DNA of 64,000 nucleotides from Magnetococcales bacterium (GCA_015228935.1 JADGCO010000005.1:13128-77127); one strand, 5' to 3'. Positions 39,448 through 49,013 are shown, counted from the first letter of the stretch. Numbers and translations are program-made. Notes: generated from the sequence alone by a model not told the origin.

Positions 39448-39614
39448 GAGAGGCTGTCGATTAACCCTCGGATAAATATAATTGGAAAGAAAAATTTTAT
39501 TGGGGCTTCGCCCCAAACCCCGCCAGGAGAAAGGGCACAGCCCTTCCTCCTGGACCTCCATCCCAGTTTTTCATTCGTTTTATTTGAAATTAACAAGTTA
39601 TCAGACAGCCTCTG
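39448..39614 (+). mobile_element. MITE-like element copy (~167 bp, long-hairpin subtype 2)
   Basis: TIRs are GAGAGGCTGTCGATTAAC and GTTATCAGACAGCCTCTG. It carries GGGGCTTCGCCCC and the hairpin at 39523..39553, which has one uncompensated G-to-A change. It lies between convergent genes. CTGAG is present at both ends. Confidence 0.8.
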
Positions 39615-39748
39615 AGACCAGATTGCCCTCAATAAAGGGTTGTGCCTCCATTTGGTTGATTTCGCTCAAACTGCCACGCCAGTCTCAAATCTGTTGATGA
39701 AAAGGCCAATCACAGTGTCATGCATAAGAGTTGACCTGGAAAAGCAAA

Positions 39749-41950
39749 TCAATTCCTGTGATCGCTGGCAACTTTTCTGGTCGGCGAATTTTCTTCCGGT
39801 GTGTTGGTCAGGATCAAGGTACCGGCTGCCGTGGCTTGGACCTGGCCGCTGGAATTCTGGCCAATCGATACCTGATAGGTGGCATGGGCTGCGAGACCAA
39901 AGATCAAGATCCGTTCCACTCCGGCGGGTGCCGGGGGCAAATTCAGGAGGGATTTTTCCCCGGCAGAGACAAAGGCCACGGCCAGATCGGCAATCTGCAC
40001 ACCCGGCATGGTGGCTGGATCGCCCCAGGCTGTCAGGGTTGGCAGAGGCTCTTTGGTGGCAAGACGTGGCAGCATCACGGCCAGAAAACCGTTTGGTACA
40101 GTTCCCTCGGGAACACGGGCTTCCACCCGCCAAGCTCCGGCATCAGCGGGAATGCGCCCGGCAGGGTGATGGTTTTGCCCGTCGGCACCACGAAAGGCCT
40201 CCAGGCCACCCACCACGCGCAAATCAGACGGTGATGGAAGCAGAAAATCCGTGCGCAACGTGGTCCGACCATTGCTGAACACCACATGCTGTTTTCCAAT
40301 CTCGGGTCGATTGATGCCGTGCAGCAACCAGACCGGTCGCAGCCCTGCCGGACCCATGGTCACGGCGTCATAAACCACCAGTACGGGTTGTGAAAATCCG
40401 GCAATGCGCCGAAGAAACAGAAAATGGCGCCGGAAATGGTGCAGGCTTCCGGCAGGATAGAGATTTTCGCCGCGACCGCGCACATAGGTATGGAGGGGAT
40501 AATCCTCGAATGCTTCAATGCCACCCTGGATGAACGCCGGATCCTGCAATTGTTGGACACTCTCCGGCGGTTTGGCGTCGTTTTGCTCGATCAGCAACGG
40601 ACTCCCGGATTTTTCCAAAACCAGAGTATTGTGGGCCACGGTGCGGGTGTAATAATTCCGCCAATGGTCGCTTTTGTAGGCGTCATAAACCCCGCTGTCC
40701 ACAGCCAAAGGTCCCTGGAGGGCCATTTCAAAGCTGTTGCCGTCCCGGTGGGCATGGTTGAAAAAACTCCAAGGGGTGGATTTGAACAGGACGGTCAGGG
40801 AGGATTCACCCTTGCCCAAGGCCCAGGTGTCCCGCATGACGGCGACCCCGGCCCGCTGGAAAAGACGGTTTTCCGGCAGGGTTTTCGGGTCGGTCGGTGC
40901 AACGTCCCGCCTTTTCCAGAGCAACTCCCAAATGCGCTCCTCTTCCCGCCCCCGATCCTTGAAACGGGCTTCCCACCAGGCAGCGATACCGTCATTCCAG
41001 ACATCCGCCACCTTGTAGAGAACCCGCAGCAAATGCGGCGAGGGTGTGGGGGAACGATTGTCGCCGCTCATGAAGACCGATCCGTCATCCTTGAGTCCAT
41101 AGAGGTGAAACAGAACGGCCTGTTGCAGCCATGGTTCGCGGGCAAACCAATCCTCTCCCAGGGCGGTGGCAGCCAGATCCAGAATCTGCGCCGTAACCAG
41201 ATGGTAGTAGCGGGAATATTCCCACCCCATGTGAAAACCGCCATCCATCTCTGCAATGAATCGGTAAAAAGGCAAAAAATGGTTTTCCAGATGGTCGAGA
41301 ATGAGGGGGAGGCGTTTTTCCATGGTCGGACTTTCGCCCTGTACGGCCAATGCTCCCATGAGAACCGTCAAATGGGCATGGTATTCGTGCCCCCCGGAAA
41401 CTCCCTTGAGTTCAAGTTGCTTTTTTTTCTCCAGCCACGTCGTGGCCTCTTCGATAAACTGGATCAACTGTTGTCTGGCGGTCGCATTCAGGCGGGGATG
41501 ACACCAATCGAACAGCATGGCGGCGGCTTCGAGCCGGTCGCGTACCCGCTGGTCATCCTTTTCCTCGCTCAGGGAGAGACGATTGGCCACGGCAAAGGCT
41601 GTCAGGGCTGCTTCCAGATGACCCTTGCCCGGTTTGATGGCATCGAGCAGGGCAAAAACCGGCATGGCCTTGTTGGCCTGGGCAGGATCCAGGTCCAGGA
41701 GCGTGACCCCATTCCACTTTTCCTGGGCATAACGCTGCAAGCGTTCATGGACATCCCGGGCATGTCCGGGTCTGGCCACCCGGGCCTGAAGGTCTGCCAG
41801 GCTTTCGGGTGTCAGGTAAAGCCGTGGATGGTGGGCAACCACCGTATGGGCCAGGGCTGGAACGGGAGCGACCACGACCCATGAAAAAGCCAGAAAAACA
41901 AGCACACACAACAGACGTCTCAGTTCAGAAACAAAGGCCTGCACCCTCAT
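39749..41950 (-). CDS. heparinase II/III-like (alginate-lyase-fold) periplasmic polysaccharide lyase family protein
   Basis: Signal peptide ends ...VVAPVPALA/HT. The N-terminal part reads as an alpha/alpha toroid-like region. The C-terminal part has HAHRDGNSFEMALQGPLAVDSGVYDAY...YYTRTVAHNTLVL, typical of Hepar_II_III. Confidence 0.7.
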   Translation of the reverse strand: MRVQAFVSELRRLLCVLVFLAFSWVVVAPVPALAHTVVAHHPRLYLTPESLADLQARVARPGHARDVHERLQRYAQEKWNGVTLLDLDPAQANKAMPVFALLDAIKPGKGHLEAALTAFAVANRLSLSEEKDDQRVRDRLEAAAMLFDWCHPRLNATARQQLIQFIEEATTWLEKKKQLELKGVSGGHEYHAHLTVLMGALAVQGESPTMEKRLPLILDHLENHFLPFYRFIAEMDGGFHMGWEYSRYYHLVTAQILDLAATALGEDWFAREPWLQQAVLFHLYGLKDDGSVFMSGDNRSPTPSPHLLRVLYKVADVWNDGIAAWWEARFKDRGREEERIWELLWKRRDVAPTDPKTLPENRLFQRAGVAVMRDTWALGKGESSLTVLFKSTPWSFFNHAHRDGNSFEMALQGPLAVDSGVYDAYKSDHWRNYYTRTVAHNTLVLEKSGSPLLIEQNDAKPPESVQQLQDPAFIQGGIEAFEDYPLHTYVRGRGENLYPAGSLHHFRRHFLFLRRIAGFSQPVLVVYDAVTMGPAGLRPVWLLHGINRPEIGKQHVVFSNGRTTLRTDFLLPSPSDLRVVGGLEAFRGADGQNHHPAGRIPADAGAWRVEARVPEGTVPNGFLAVMLPRLATKEPLPTLTAWGDPATMPGVQIADLAVAFVSAGEKSLLNLPPAPAGVERILIFGLAAHATYQVSIGQNSSGQVQATAAGTLILTNTPEENSPTRKVASDHRN

Positions 41951-42001
41951 GGTGGGTCACCTTTCAGGATTCCGGAAAATTTTGCTTGAAAAACCGGACA
42001 A

Positions 42002-44488
42002 TCAACCCGTAACCCGCAAGGCCTGCCGCAACTCGCCGGCTCGGCGCAGGTAGGGATGGCCCTTCTTCAGGGAAGCAGGGAGACGATGCAAAAAGGCCAA
42101 TCCCGCATCCATGTTGTCAAACTCACCCACCAGGATCATCAGGAGATTTTTCCCTGTGTTTTCATACATGAAGAGTTGATTTCGATCCAGAATATTCTTG
42201 TGATTGGCCAGGAGTTCCTCCAATTTTCCGGCACGGGCCGCTTGCAGATCAATGGCCATGAGATGGACAAGGTAGCGACCGCGGCCACTTTTGGACAGCA
42301 AAGCCTGCGTGGCCGCCTTGCGTTGCGCAATATAAGGGCTGTCCTGTCCACTCCTGGTCAGGTTCAACGATTCTGTAACTGGGGGAAGGATGACAGATGC
42401 CACCTGGGAGGGAAACCGTTGTGTCTCGTCGGTGTTTGCGGGTTTTGTGGAGGACTTTCCTGGGACTCCACCTGCCAAGGCAGGGTCTGGCATGCCGTTG
42501 GCTGACATCAGGTTTGTGGCGGGTCTGGTCTCCGGGACCGGATTTGTTGCCACAGAAAACCGGGCGATGGGTTTTTCATCGGTTACCGGCATCGTCTCTT
42601 GTGTCAATCTGCCGTTTGATGTCGGTCTTGTGTCGCGTTTCGGGTCGGTGTCTGGTGTCAATCTGCTGTTCGAGACCGGTTTTGTGTCGCGTTTCGGATG
42701 GGTGTCTGGAGCCAATTTTCCGTTCGGGATCGATTTTGCTTCATCGGCCACTTCCTTCTGCGCCTGCATGACTTCGGTCAGGACTTCATCGATGGGTGCC
42801 TGGAAATCTGTTGTGGGGAGTGTCCTATTGACATCGACCTTGTTTTCCGGTGCCTTGGGCAAGGGATTGGCCGTTTGGACAGAGGCTCCCGAATCCTGGC
42901 CCCTGGTCAATCGATCCGGAAGCGAAAAAGTCATCTTTCCCGGACCATCGGGATTGCCGGGAAGCAGGCTGACCACAACAATCCCGCCCAGAACAACCAA
43001 GCCGGCAAAAAGCGCCTTTTTGGACTGGAAAGGGGATGGTTTGCCGGCGGATCCGGAACGGTTGCCACGTTTTGGCCTGTCTGTTTCCATTTCGGGGACG
43101 GAAATGATGATGGGCAGGCCGAGAAAATGGGATATGTCGCTGGGTTGCTTGAAGGTTTGATCGATCTGGTTGTAGATGGCCATGACCGACAAGGCAAAGA
43201 AAAAGCCGAACACCAGACCGATGGCGATCAGTTTGGGGCGGTTGGGTGCAACCGGTGCGGGTTGCACCTTGGCCTTGCGCAACACCACCACATGCGAGTC
43301 GAATCCCTTGGATCCCCCTTGCAGATTGGACTCATCGCGGCGTTTGTAGAAGGTTTCGAATGAATAGGCCAACAAACCCGACTCCCGGTTGATCCGCTCC
43401 GAGGTCAACAAAAATCTTTTCAGGACAATATTGCGTTCATCCAGTTGGGCAATCTTGCTTTTGAGACCTTCGATCTGGGTTTGCACTGCGGCCAGGTCGG
43501 ACTCCCGCTTGGCCACAACTGATTCCACCTCGCCATAGAGCAGCTCTCGCGATTTGGCCACCTGTTTGGCAATGCCCACGGCCACCGGGCTGTCGGGCAG
43601 ATAGGTTTTATCAATCTCGACCTGCCGCAACAGCAGGGTTTGCAGGTTTGTTGACAGATTGCGCACGGTTTCTGTTTGTATGTAGGAAAACAATTGCGTT
43701 TTTTCACCGCCCAGGCCTGCCCGGATGGCCTGGATTTCGTTGGCAATGATGATGGCCTGGGAATCGAGGCCCTGAACAAGCTGGGAATAATCCTTGCGCA
43801 ACAGCAGGTTGTTCTGGATTTCCTGATCCGGGTTGGGAGCCTTCAGATCCCCCACCATGTGCATCAGATCGTCCTGTTTTCCCTTCCAATCTGACAGGTA
43901 GCTGTTCACCTGATCGGCCAGAAAGACCTCTTTGGCACCTGGATTCAGGATGCGATGGCGAAACTGCCGATACTCCTCCATCAATGCTTCCAGAATATTT
44001 TTGGCCTCTTTGGGATCATGCCAGCGCAGGGCCACTTCGATGACATTGGATGTGGGCAGGATGGCCGTTTCCAGTGACGCACCGACTGTCTTGGCCATGC
44101 CTTCCACGGGATCTCCCCTGCCGGCACCGGGTTCTCCGGATTGTTCTTTCAGGGCAATCCTTTTCTCGGCAAGCAGCCGTTGCACGGTATTGCGCACCAC
44201 ATCGTCAGAGACCAGCATTTGCACTTCGGAGTAGAGATCCTCTTTGGTCACGGGTTCGACGCGCAGCATGGTGTCTTCCAGGGTCTGGGCATCCCGCTCG
44301 GACCGTTTGCCTTTGATCAAAAAGGCCCCGTCTGCCTGCCAGACCGGCGGACTCAACAAGGCGATGGCCACAAAGCCGGAGAGTATCACCCCGGAGATCC
44401 AGAATATTGCCCGCCGAAAGGCAAAAAAGGTGAAGATCAAATCTTTCAGTAGGTATCCACCGGTACTGGCGTCCTGGCGACTCTGCAT
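42002..44488 (-). CDS. polysaccharide co-polymerase (Wzz/GumC-type) with extra TM, Pro/Thr-rich repeat linker and C-terminal SPOR-like domain
   Basis: TM1 is followed by a Wzz-like region and long coiled coils. TM2 (LIAIGLVFGFFFALSVMAIY) is followed by the LGLPIIISVPE tail. A third TM (LFAGLVVLGGIVVVSLL) comes next, then an 18-aa repeat linker. The C-terminus reads YLVHLMAI....LFMYENTGKNLLMILVGEFDNMDAGLAFLHRLPASLKKGHPYLRRAGELRQAL, a DamX-type SPOR pattern. Confidence 0.7.
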   Translation of the reverse strand: MQSRQDASTGGYLLKDLIFTFFAFRRAIFWISGVILSGFVAIALLSPPVWQADGAFLIKGKRSERDAQTLEDTMLRVEPVTKEDLYSEVQMLVSDDVVRNTVQRLLAEKRIALKEQSGEPGAGRGDPVEGMAKTVGASLETAILPTSNVIEVALRWHDPKEAKNILEALMEEYRQFRHRILNPGAKEVFLADQVNSYLSDWKGKQDDLMHMVGDLKAPNPDQEIQNNLLLRKDYSQLVQGLDSQAIIIANEIQAIRAGLGGEKTQLFSYIQTETVRNLSTNLQTLLLRQVEIDKTYLPDSPVAVGIAKQVAKSRELLYGEVESVVAKRESDLAAVQTQIEGLKSKIAQLDERNIVLKRFLLTSERINRESGLLAYSFETFYKRRDESNLQGGSKGFDSHVVVLRKAKVQPAPVAPNRPKLIAIGLVFGFFFALSVMAIYNQIDQTFKQPSDISHFLGLPIIISVPEMETDRPKRGNRSGSAGKPSPFQSKKALFAGLVVLGGIVVVSLLPGNPDGPGKMTFSLPDRLTRGQDSGASVQTANPLPKAPENKVDVNRTLPTTDFQAPIDEVLTEVMQAQKEVADEAKSIPNGKLAPDTHPKRDTKPVSNSRLTPDTDPKRDTRPTSNGRLTQETMPVTDEKPIARFSVATNPVPETRPATNLMSANGMPDPALAGGVPGKSSTKPANTDETQRFPSQVASVILPPVTESLNLTRSGQDSPYIAQRKAATQALLSKSGRGRYLVHLMAIDLQAARAGKLEELLANHKNILDRNQLFMYENTGKNLLMILVGEFDNMDAGLAFLHRLPASLKKGHPYLRRAGELRQALRVTG
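42601..42730. repeat. 54-bp (18-codon) tandem repeat inside the co-polymerase linker, ~2.4 units
   Basis: Units start at 42601 and 42655. They encode (A/T)PDT(H/D)PKRDT(K/R)P(V/T)SN(S/G)RL on the minus strand. Confidence 0.85.
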
Positions 44489-44524
44489 GTGTGTTCCTTG
44501 CTTGTTTAAACCACGTCAGGAAAA

Positions 44525-45625
44525 TCAAAGTCCAAGGCGATTTTTGGCCGGGACATTGTCCCAGGTCCATCCCATGCCCAGGTTCCACCCCCGGAACTGG
44601 AAGACGTCGGCCACCCGCCTGATGATATCGGAAGTTTCGGAAATGGGCATGTTGGGCACATAGACAATGTCATCCGGTTGCAGGAAAAAGTGCCCGGCTC
44701 CGGGTCCCAGGGTCAGGGTTTGTTCCAGGTTGACCCGTGTTCCCACCACCTTTTTCTGGTGTTTGCGGACCACAATAATGCTGTCCAGACGGGCATTGAC
44801 CAGACTTCCTCCCGCCAGGGCCATGGCCTCGGCCACCGTGGCCGGTTTGAGGATGGGGAATGCCCCGGGCCTGGCAACCTGTCCCAGGACATAGATGGGT
44901 GACCCGGCGTGCCGTTCGAGGAAGAGATCCACCTTCAGACTGGGGCTGATCTTGGCATACTGGGCATTCAGATGACTGCCCACCTCCTCAATGGTTTTAT
45001 CCCCCACAAGAACATCCCCGACCATGGGAAAGGTGGTAAAGCCATCCGGACGCACGGTCACAAGCCGGCTTAAGCCCCGGGAAGCGGTATGAAGGTCAAC
45101 CTTCAATTCCCGGATTTGACTCAGGTATTCTGGAACAAGAACATAGATTTCCGGTTTGCGGAATATTTTTGAATAGCGTTCGGTCAACTCTTTTTCCACC
45201 ACACGCACCGAACGCCCCGCCACCTGCACTTCGCCCAGATAGGGTAATGAAATATTGCCATCGGGCCGGATTTTCTGGGTTTCGTTCAATTCCGGATTGG
45301 TGACAAACTTGATGGTGACGGTGTCACCCAGATTGAGATGGAATTCCACCTCTTTCTGCCAGCTTTGGATGGAAAACAGCACGTCCAATTGATCCCCGGG
45401 GGCAATGCGATATTCAGAAAAAATCCGAAAATCTCCGTTTGAAAAGGAGAACGATGATTGTTCCAGGGTGACTTCTTCACCGGTTTTGATGGGAATCGGA
45501 TCCTTGCCTGCACATCCCGGGAAAATCAGGATCAACCCCAGCAGCAGGGAGAGACCAGCCCCCATGCCCAGGCGCAGAGAGGCTGCCATCCATTTGCTGG
45601 AAAGAATGCCATCTTTGTGGCTCAT
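44525..45625 (-). CDS. Wza-like polysaccharide export lipoprotein (Poly_export + SLBB)
   Basis: Lipobox-like IFPGC. The Poly_export region has YRIAPGDQLDV. A repeated SLBB-like segment has V.V.G.V..PG. Confidence 0.75.
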   Translation of the reverse strand: MSHKDGILSSKWMAASLRLGMGAGLSLLLGLILIFPGCAGKDPIPIKTGEEVTLEQSSFSFSNGDFRIFSEYRIAPGDQLDVLFSIQSWQKEVEFHLNLGDTVTIKFVTNPELNETQKIRPDGNISLPYLGEVQVAGRSVRVVEKELTERYSKIFRKPEIYVLVPEYLSQIRELKVDLHTASRGLSRLVTVRPDGFTTFPMVGDVLVGDKTIEEVGSHLNAQYAKISPSLKVDLFLERHAGSPIYVLGQVARPGAFPILKPATVAEAMALAGGSLVNARLDSIIVVRKHQKKVVGTRVNLEQTLTLGPGAGHFFLQPDDIVYVPNMPISETSDIIRRVADVFQFRGWNLGMGWTWDNVPAKNRLGL

Positions 45626-45637
45626 GAAATCTGCCTC

Positions 45638-46381
45638 CTACAACCACCGGAATACAAAACGCGGAATATGAAACACCCGCCGATTGAGGACCACACCCAA
45701 CACGTTGCCATGAATGCGCCGGAGCAGATCGAGGGATTCATGCACCACCACCCGCTTGGTGGATTCACAGCGGATCACCAGGATGACGCCCTGAAAATCG
45801 GCGGTGGCCAGGGTTGCCCCGGAACTGGTCATCAGGGAGGAGGAGTCCAGAATCACGTAATCGCAGGTGTCCCGCAGTCTGGTGATGAGTTCCTTGAAAC
45901 CGGTCTGGGAAAACAAATCGCCTCTGTGGTTGACATCCCCGAATGGCAGCACTTTCAGACCCGGCACATGGGTTTCACACACGGCAGTTTCCAGAGACGC
46001 CGTGCCTGTCAATACGCCCACCAGTCCGGGTGTCTCGGGAATCTGAAAAACACGGGCCAATGCCGGGCTTTTGTCATTGCCATCCACGAGTACCACCCGG
46101 GTGTTGGCCTGGGTGACCAGACCATAAGCCAGGGCCACAGCCGTTGTCGTCTTGCCTTCCTTGGGCAGTGCCGACGATACGATCAAGGTCCGGAGATCCT
46201 TCCCCTCCGAGGCTGAGAGCAGATTGCCGCGAATGCGGGACATTTCGTGGTTCAATTTGGGCACGATCTGCCAGATCATATCCGTCGGATCCTTGTTCAC
46301 GTTGGTTTCTCTCCTGCCGGTGTTTCCTGCCCCGTGAGCATGCGGTTTTCTCTCCAACCCAATATCCAGGCCGTTAAGCAA
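45638..46381 (-). CDS. CpsD/CapB-type bacterial tyrosine kinase (stand-alone BY-kinase ATPase)
   Basis: Walker A is SALPKEGKTTTA, Walker A' is VLVDGN and Walker B is YVILDSS. The start is uncertain: TTG at 46381, GTG at 46300 or ATG at 46279. No obvious C-terminal Tyr cluster was seen. Confidence 0.7.
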   Translation of the reverse strand: MLNGLDIGLERKPHAHGAGNTGRRETNVNKDPTDMIWQIVPKLNHEMSRIRGNLLSASEGKDLRTLIVSSALPKEGKTTTAVALAYGLVTQANTRVVLVDGNDKSPALARVFQIPETPGLVGVLTGTASLETAVCETHVPGLKVLPFGDVNHRGDLFSQTGFKELITRLRDTCDYVILDSSSLMTSSGATLATADFQGVILVIRCESTKRVVVHESLDLLRRIHGNVLGVVLNRRVFHIPRFVFRWL

Positions 46382-46418
46382 ATTTCATTCCGATCTGGAG
46401 AATGATTAAAAAAACCGT

Positions 46419-46461
46419 GTAACTGTTTCAGGCTTTTCTTGAAAGGCTGCTGGATAGTTAC
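46419..46461 (-). mobile_element. 43-bp internally deleted MITE derivative (both TIRs joined)
   Basis: The sequence is GTAACTGTTtCAGGCTTTTCTTGAAAGGCTGCTGGATAGTTAC. This is the left TIR fused to the last ~34 bp of the 158-bp element. Confidence 0.75.
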
Positions 46462-46599
46462 GATACCGTTTCGATTTGAATCGTTTTTCAGGTCATTATT
46501 CCATGCAGAAGTTGCCGCTGCCATCCCATGTAACCGAGATACGGCACGAAAATTGCTTTTCATCTTCCTCCGTTCCTCCGTCCAAAGGCATTCTGCACC

Positions 46600-48969
46600 A
46601 TGAAAATGTTCCCACCCCGCTTGATTGTGCTGTTGCTGGTCACCCTGTTCGTGCTGGATGCCCGTCTCTCGCCGGCGCAGCCTGGCACGACCGGGCAACC
46701 CGACAGGCAGGGAGCGCTTTCGCCGACCCTGGAGCAATTTTTGCGCGGTGAAACCGAGCGGGGAGGCACAGTCCTGCGTTTTGACCATGACAGCGACGCA
46801 TTGACTCCGGCAGCCCGGGAACGCCTGGATCAGATTGCGCGTGCCCTGACGGCCAATCCCAAAATCAACATCCATATCGAGGGACATGCCTCGGCCCCTG
46901 GCAGCGATGCCTACAACATGGACCTCTCCCGGCGTCGTGCCGAAGCGGTGGTTCGCTATCTCCAGGAAAACCACCCTCTTCCGGCCTTGCGTTTTTCCAT
47001 GGTGGCCCGGGGAAAACAGGAACCCGCCAATCCGCAGAATACCCCGGAAGCCCAGGCAGAGAATCGCCGGGTCCGGCTGGCCATGCAGATACCCGATCTG
47101 GTTCTGGGTGTGGGCGGCATGGCACCACGTCCCCTGATTTTGACGCCCGATCATCGTTTCGTCATCGGTACCAGGCAGGGGGTTGTGCGTCTCTGGGATC
47201 TGAATGCCGGTTGCACGTACACGGAGTTGCCCAATCCGGGCACCATCGTCAATGCCATGGCCATATCTCCCAACGGTCGCGTTCTGCTGACCGGTGACGA
47301 TGATGCTGTCTTGCGTCTGTGGGATTTGGAAACCGGTGTGGTTCTGCACGATTTTACCGGCCATGCCGGTCCGGTGACCGCCATCACCTTTGCCCACAAA
47401 CTCGGTCTGGAAATGCTCTCCGGTGGGGGGGATGGTTCCGTCAAATTGTGGAATCTGGAGTCAGGGCTGCATCTGCGGAATTATGCGGGACATCAGGGAA
47501 CCGTCACTGCCCTGGCAACCATTCCCGGTGGGCGGCGTTTCCTTTCATCCGGCATGGATGGCAAGGTGGTCTTCTGGGATTTGTCCACCGGTGATGTACT
47601 CCTTGAATTCAAGGGTCATGAGGGGCCTGTTTTTTCCCTGGCCGTATCTCCAGACGGACATTTGGGAGCATCGGGTGGGGCCGACGGGACCATCCGTTTA
47701 TGGAAACTCGACCTGAATCCGAATCTCGCCCAACCTGAACCCCGTATTTTCAGGGCACATGACGGAGCCGTGACCGGCATCGCATTTCTCAAGGGGGGGC
47801 ACCAACTCGTTTCAGTGGGTCATGATGGTACCACCCGGGTCTGGGATGTGGCCACCAATCGCCTGTTACACAAATTTTCTTCTTCTCACCCTGTTCAGTC
47901 CGTGGCCGTGGATGTCACCGGTTCCCTTTACCTGTCCGGTGAGGAAAATGGGGCTGTCCGCATGGCAAGCCTGGAGACTGGATCTGCGGTCAGATCCTTC
48001 ACTTTTGCCGATCCCGGTCCTCCGATTCCCATGGGAAAGGTCTCGGGAGAATCCTGGACCCCGCCCGGCTCGACCACCCCATTCATCTGGGTGGGCGGTG
48101 GCTGTTATCAGCAGGGGTGCTCGCCGGTCATCGGCCAGTGCAGCTTTGACAACCAGCCCGCGCATGAGGTGTGCGTCAAAGGCTTCTGGCTTGCCCGCCA
48201 TGAGGTCACCCAGGCCGAATGGATCCGGACCCTGGACTTCAATCCTTCGAATCATCAGATGGGTGGTGATTATCCGGTGGAGCGGATCTCCTGGATGGCT
48301 GCCCGGCATTATCTTTGCCGTCTGAATGGGGCCGGTCCGGTGCGCTACCGTCTGCCCACCGAAGCCGAGTGGGAATATGCCTGCCGGGGAGGCGGCAAGA
48401 TGGAAGGGGTGCAGAGCAACTACCAGTCTTATCCTGCCTCGACAAGCGATGCTTCCGCCGCCCAGGCCCGGACACCGGAGAGCAGACCCTATGTCACGGA
48501 CGATGCAACGCCCGCAGAGGAGCCTGCTCCGGAAGATTTGACCAAAAAAGAGGTCACCCGGGAGCCTTATCCCCCGGTCACCCAGGGGCGTGCCAATTCA
48601 TTGGGATTGCTCAACATGAACGGCAACGTGTGGGAATGGGTCGCCGACTTTTATGACCGTGATGGTTACACCCGGCTGAATCGCGACAATCCCGTCCATG
48701 CCGGAGATATCGACTACCAGATGTTGAAAAGTGCCTACTCGCGTGTCGAACGTGGTGGTTCCTGGGACGTGGGTGCCCGCCCGGTCGGTTGCCTCTACCG
48801 GGATCATGACTACCCGGGATTCAGGAGCTTTTATCTGGGCATGCGTCTTCTGCTCGTGCCCGACCCGGATACCGGCACAAACACAAACACCCCGACAACG
48901 GCAACGTCGCCACCCATGACCGATACGGGATCGTCTCCCGCTGCAAATGCCGGGAAAGACAAAAACTGA
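46600..48969 (+). CDS. secreted OmpA-like / WD40 beta-propeller / FGE-sulfatase (SUMF1-like) fusion protein
   Basis: Signal peptide is MKMFPPRLIVLLLVTLFVLDARLSPA. The OmpA_C-like region has NIHIEGHASAPGSDAYNMDLSRRRAEAVVRYL. About 7 WD40 units follow (GH.G.V.A..F...L.SGG.DG..+LW). The C-terminus has RLPTEAEWEYACRGG ... NVWEWVADFY ... RGGSW, typical of the FGE-sulfatase fold. Confidence 0.8.
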   Translation: MKMFPPRLIVLLLVTLFVLDARLSPAQPGTTGQPDRQGALSPTLEQFLRGETERGGTVLRFDHDSDALTPAARERLDQIARALTANPKINIHIEGHASAPGSDAYNMDLSRRRAEAVVRYLQENHPLPALRFSMVARGKQEPANPQNTPEAQAENRRVRLAMQIPDLVLGVGGMAPRPLILTPDHRFVIGTRQGVVRLWDLNAGCTYTELPNPGTIVNAMAISPNGRVLLTGDDDAVLRLWDLETGVVLHDFTGHAGPVTAITFAHKLGLEMLSGGGDGSVKLWNLESGLHLRNYAGHQGTVTALATIPGGRRFLSSGMDGKVVFWDLSTGDVLLEFKGHEGPVFSLAVSPDGHLGASGGADGTIRLWKLDLNPNLAQPEPRIFRAHDGAVTGIAFLKGGHQLVSVGHDGTTRVWDVATNRLLHKFSSSHPVQSVAVDVTGSLYLSGEENGAVRMASLETGSAVRSFTFADPGPPIPMGKVSGESWTPPGSTTPFIWVGGGCYQQGCSPVIGQCSFDNQPAHEVCVKGFWLARHEVTQAEWIRTLDFNPSNHQMGGDYPVERISWMAARHYLCRLNGAGPVRYRLPTEAEWEYACRGGGKMEGVQSNYQSYPASTSDASAAQARTPESRPYVTDDATPAEEPAPEDLTKKEVTREPYPPVTQGRANSLGLLNMNGNVWEWVADFYDRDGYTRLNRDNPVHAGDIDYQMLKSAYSRVERGGSWDVGARPVGCLYRDHDYPGFRSFYLGMRLLLVPDPDTGTNTNTPTTATSPPMTDTGSSPAANAGKDKN

Positions 48970-49013
48970 ATTCTGGAGGCTGCCCATGATCTCGCAGAAT
49001 CAGGCAGATCGTA

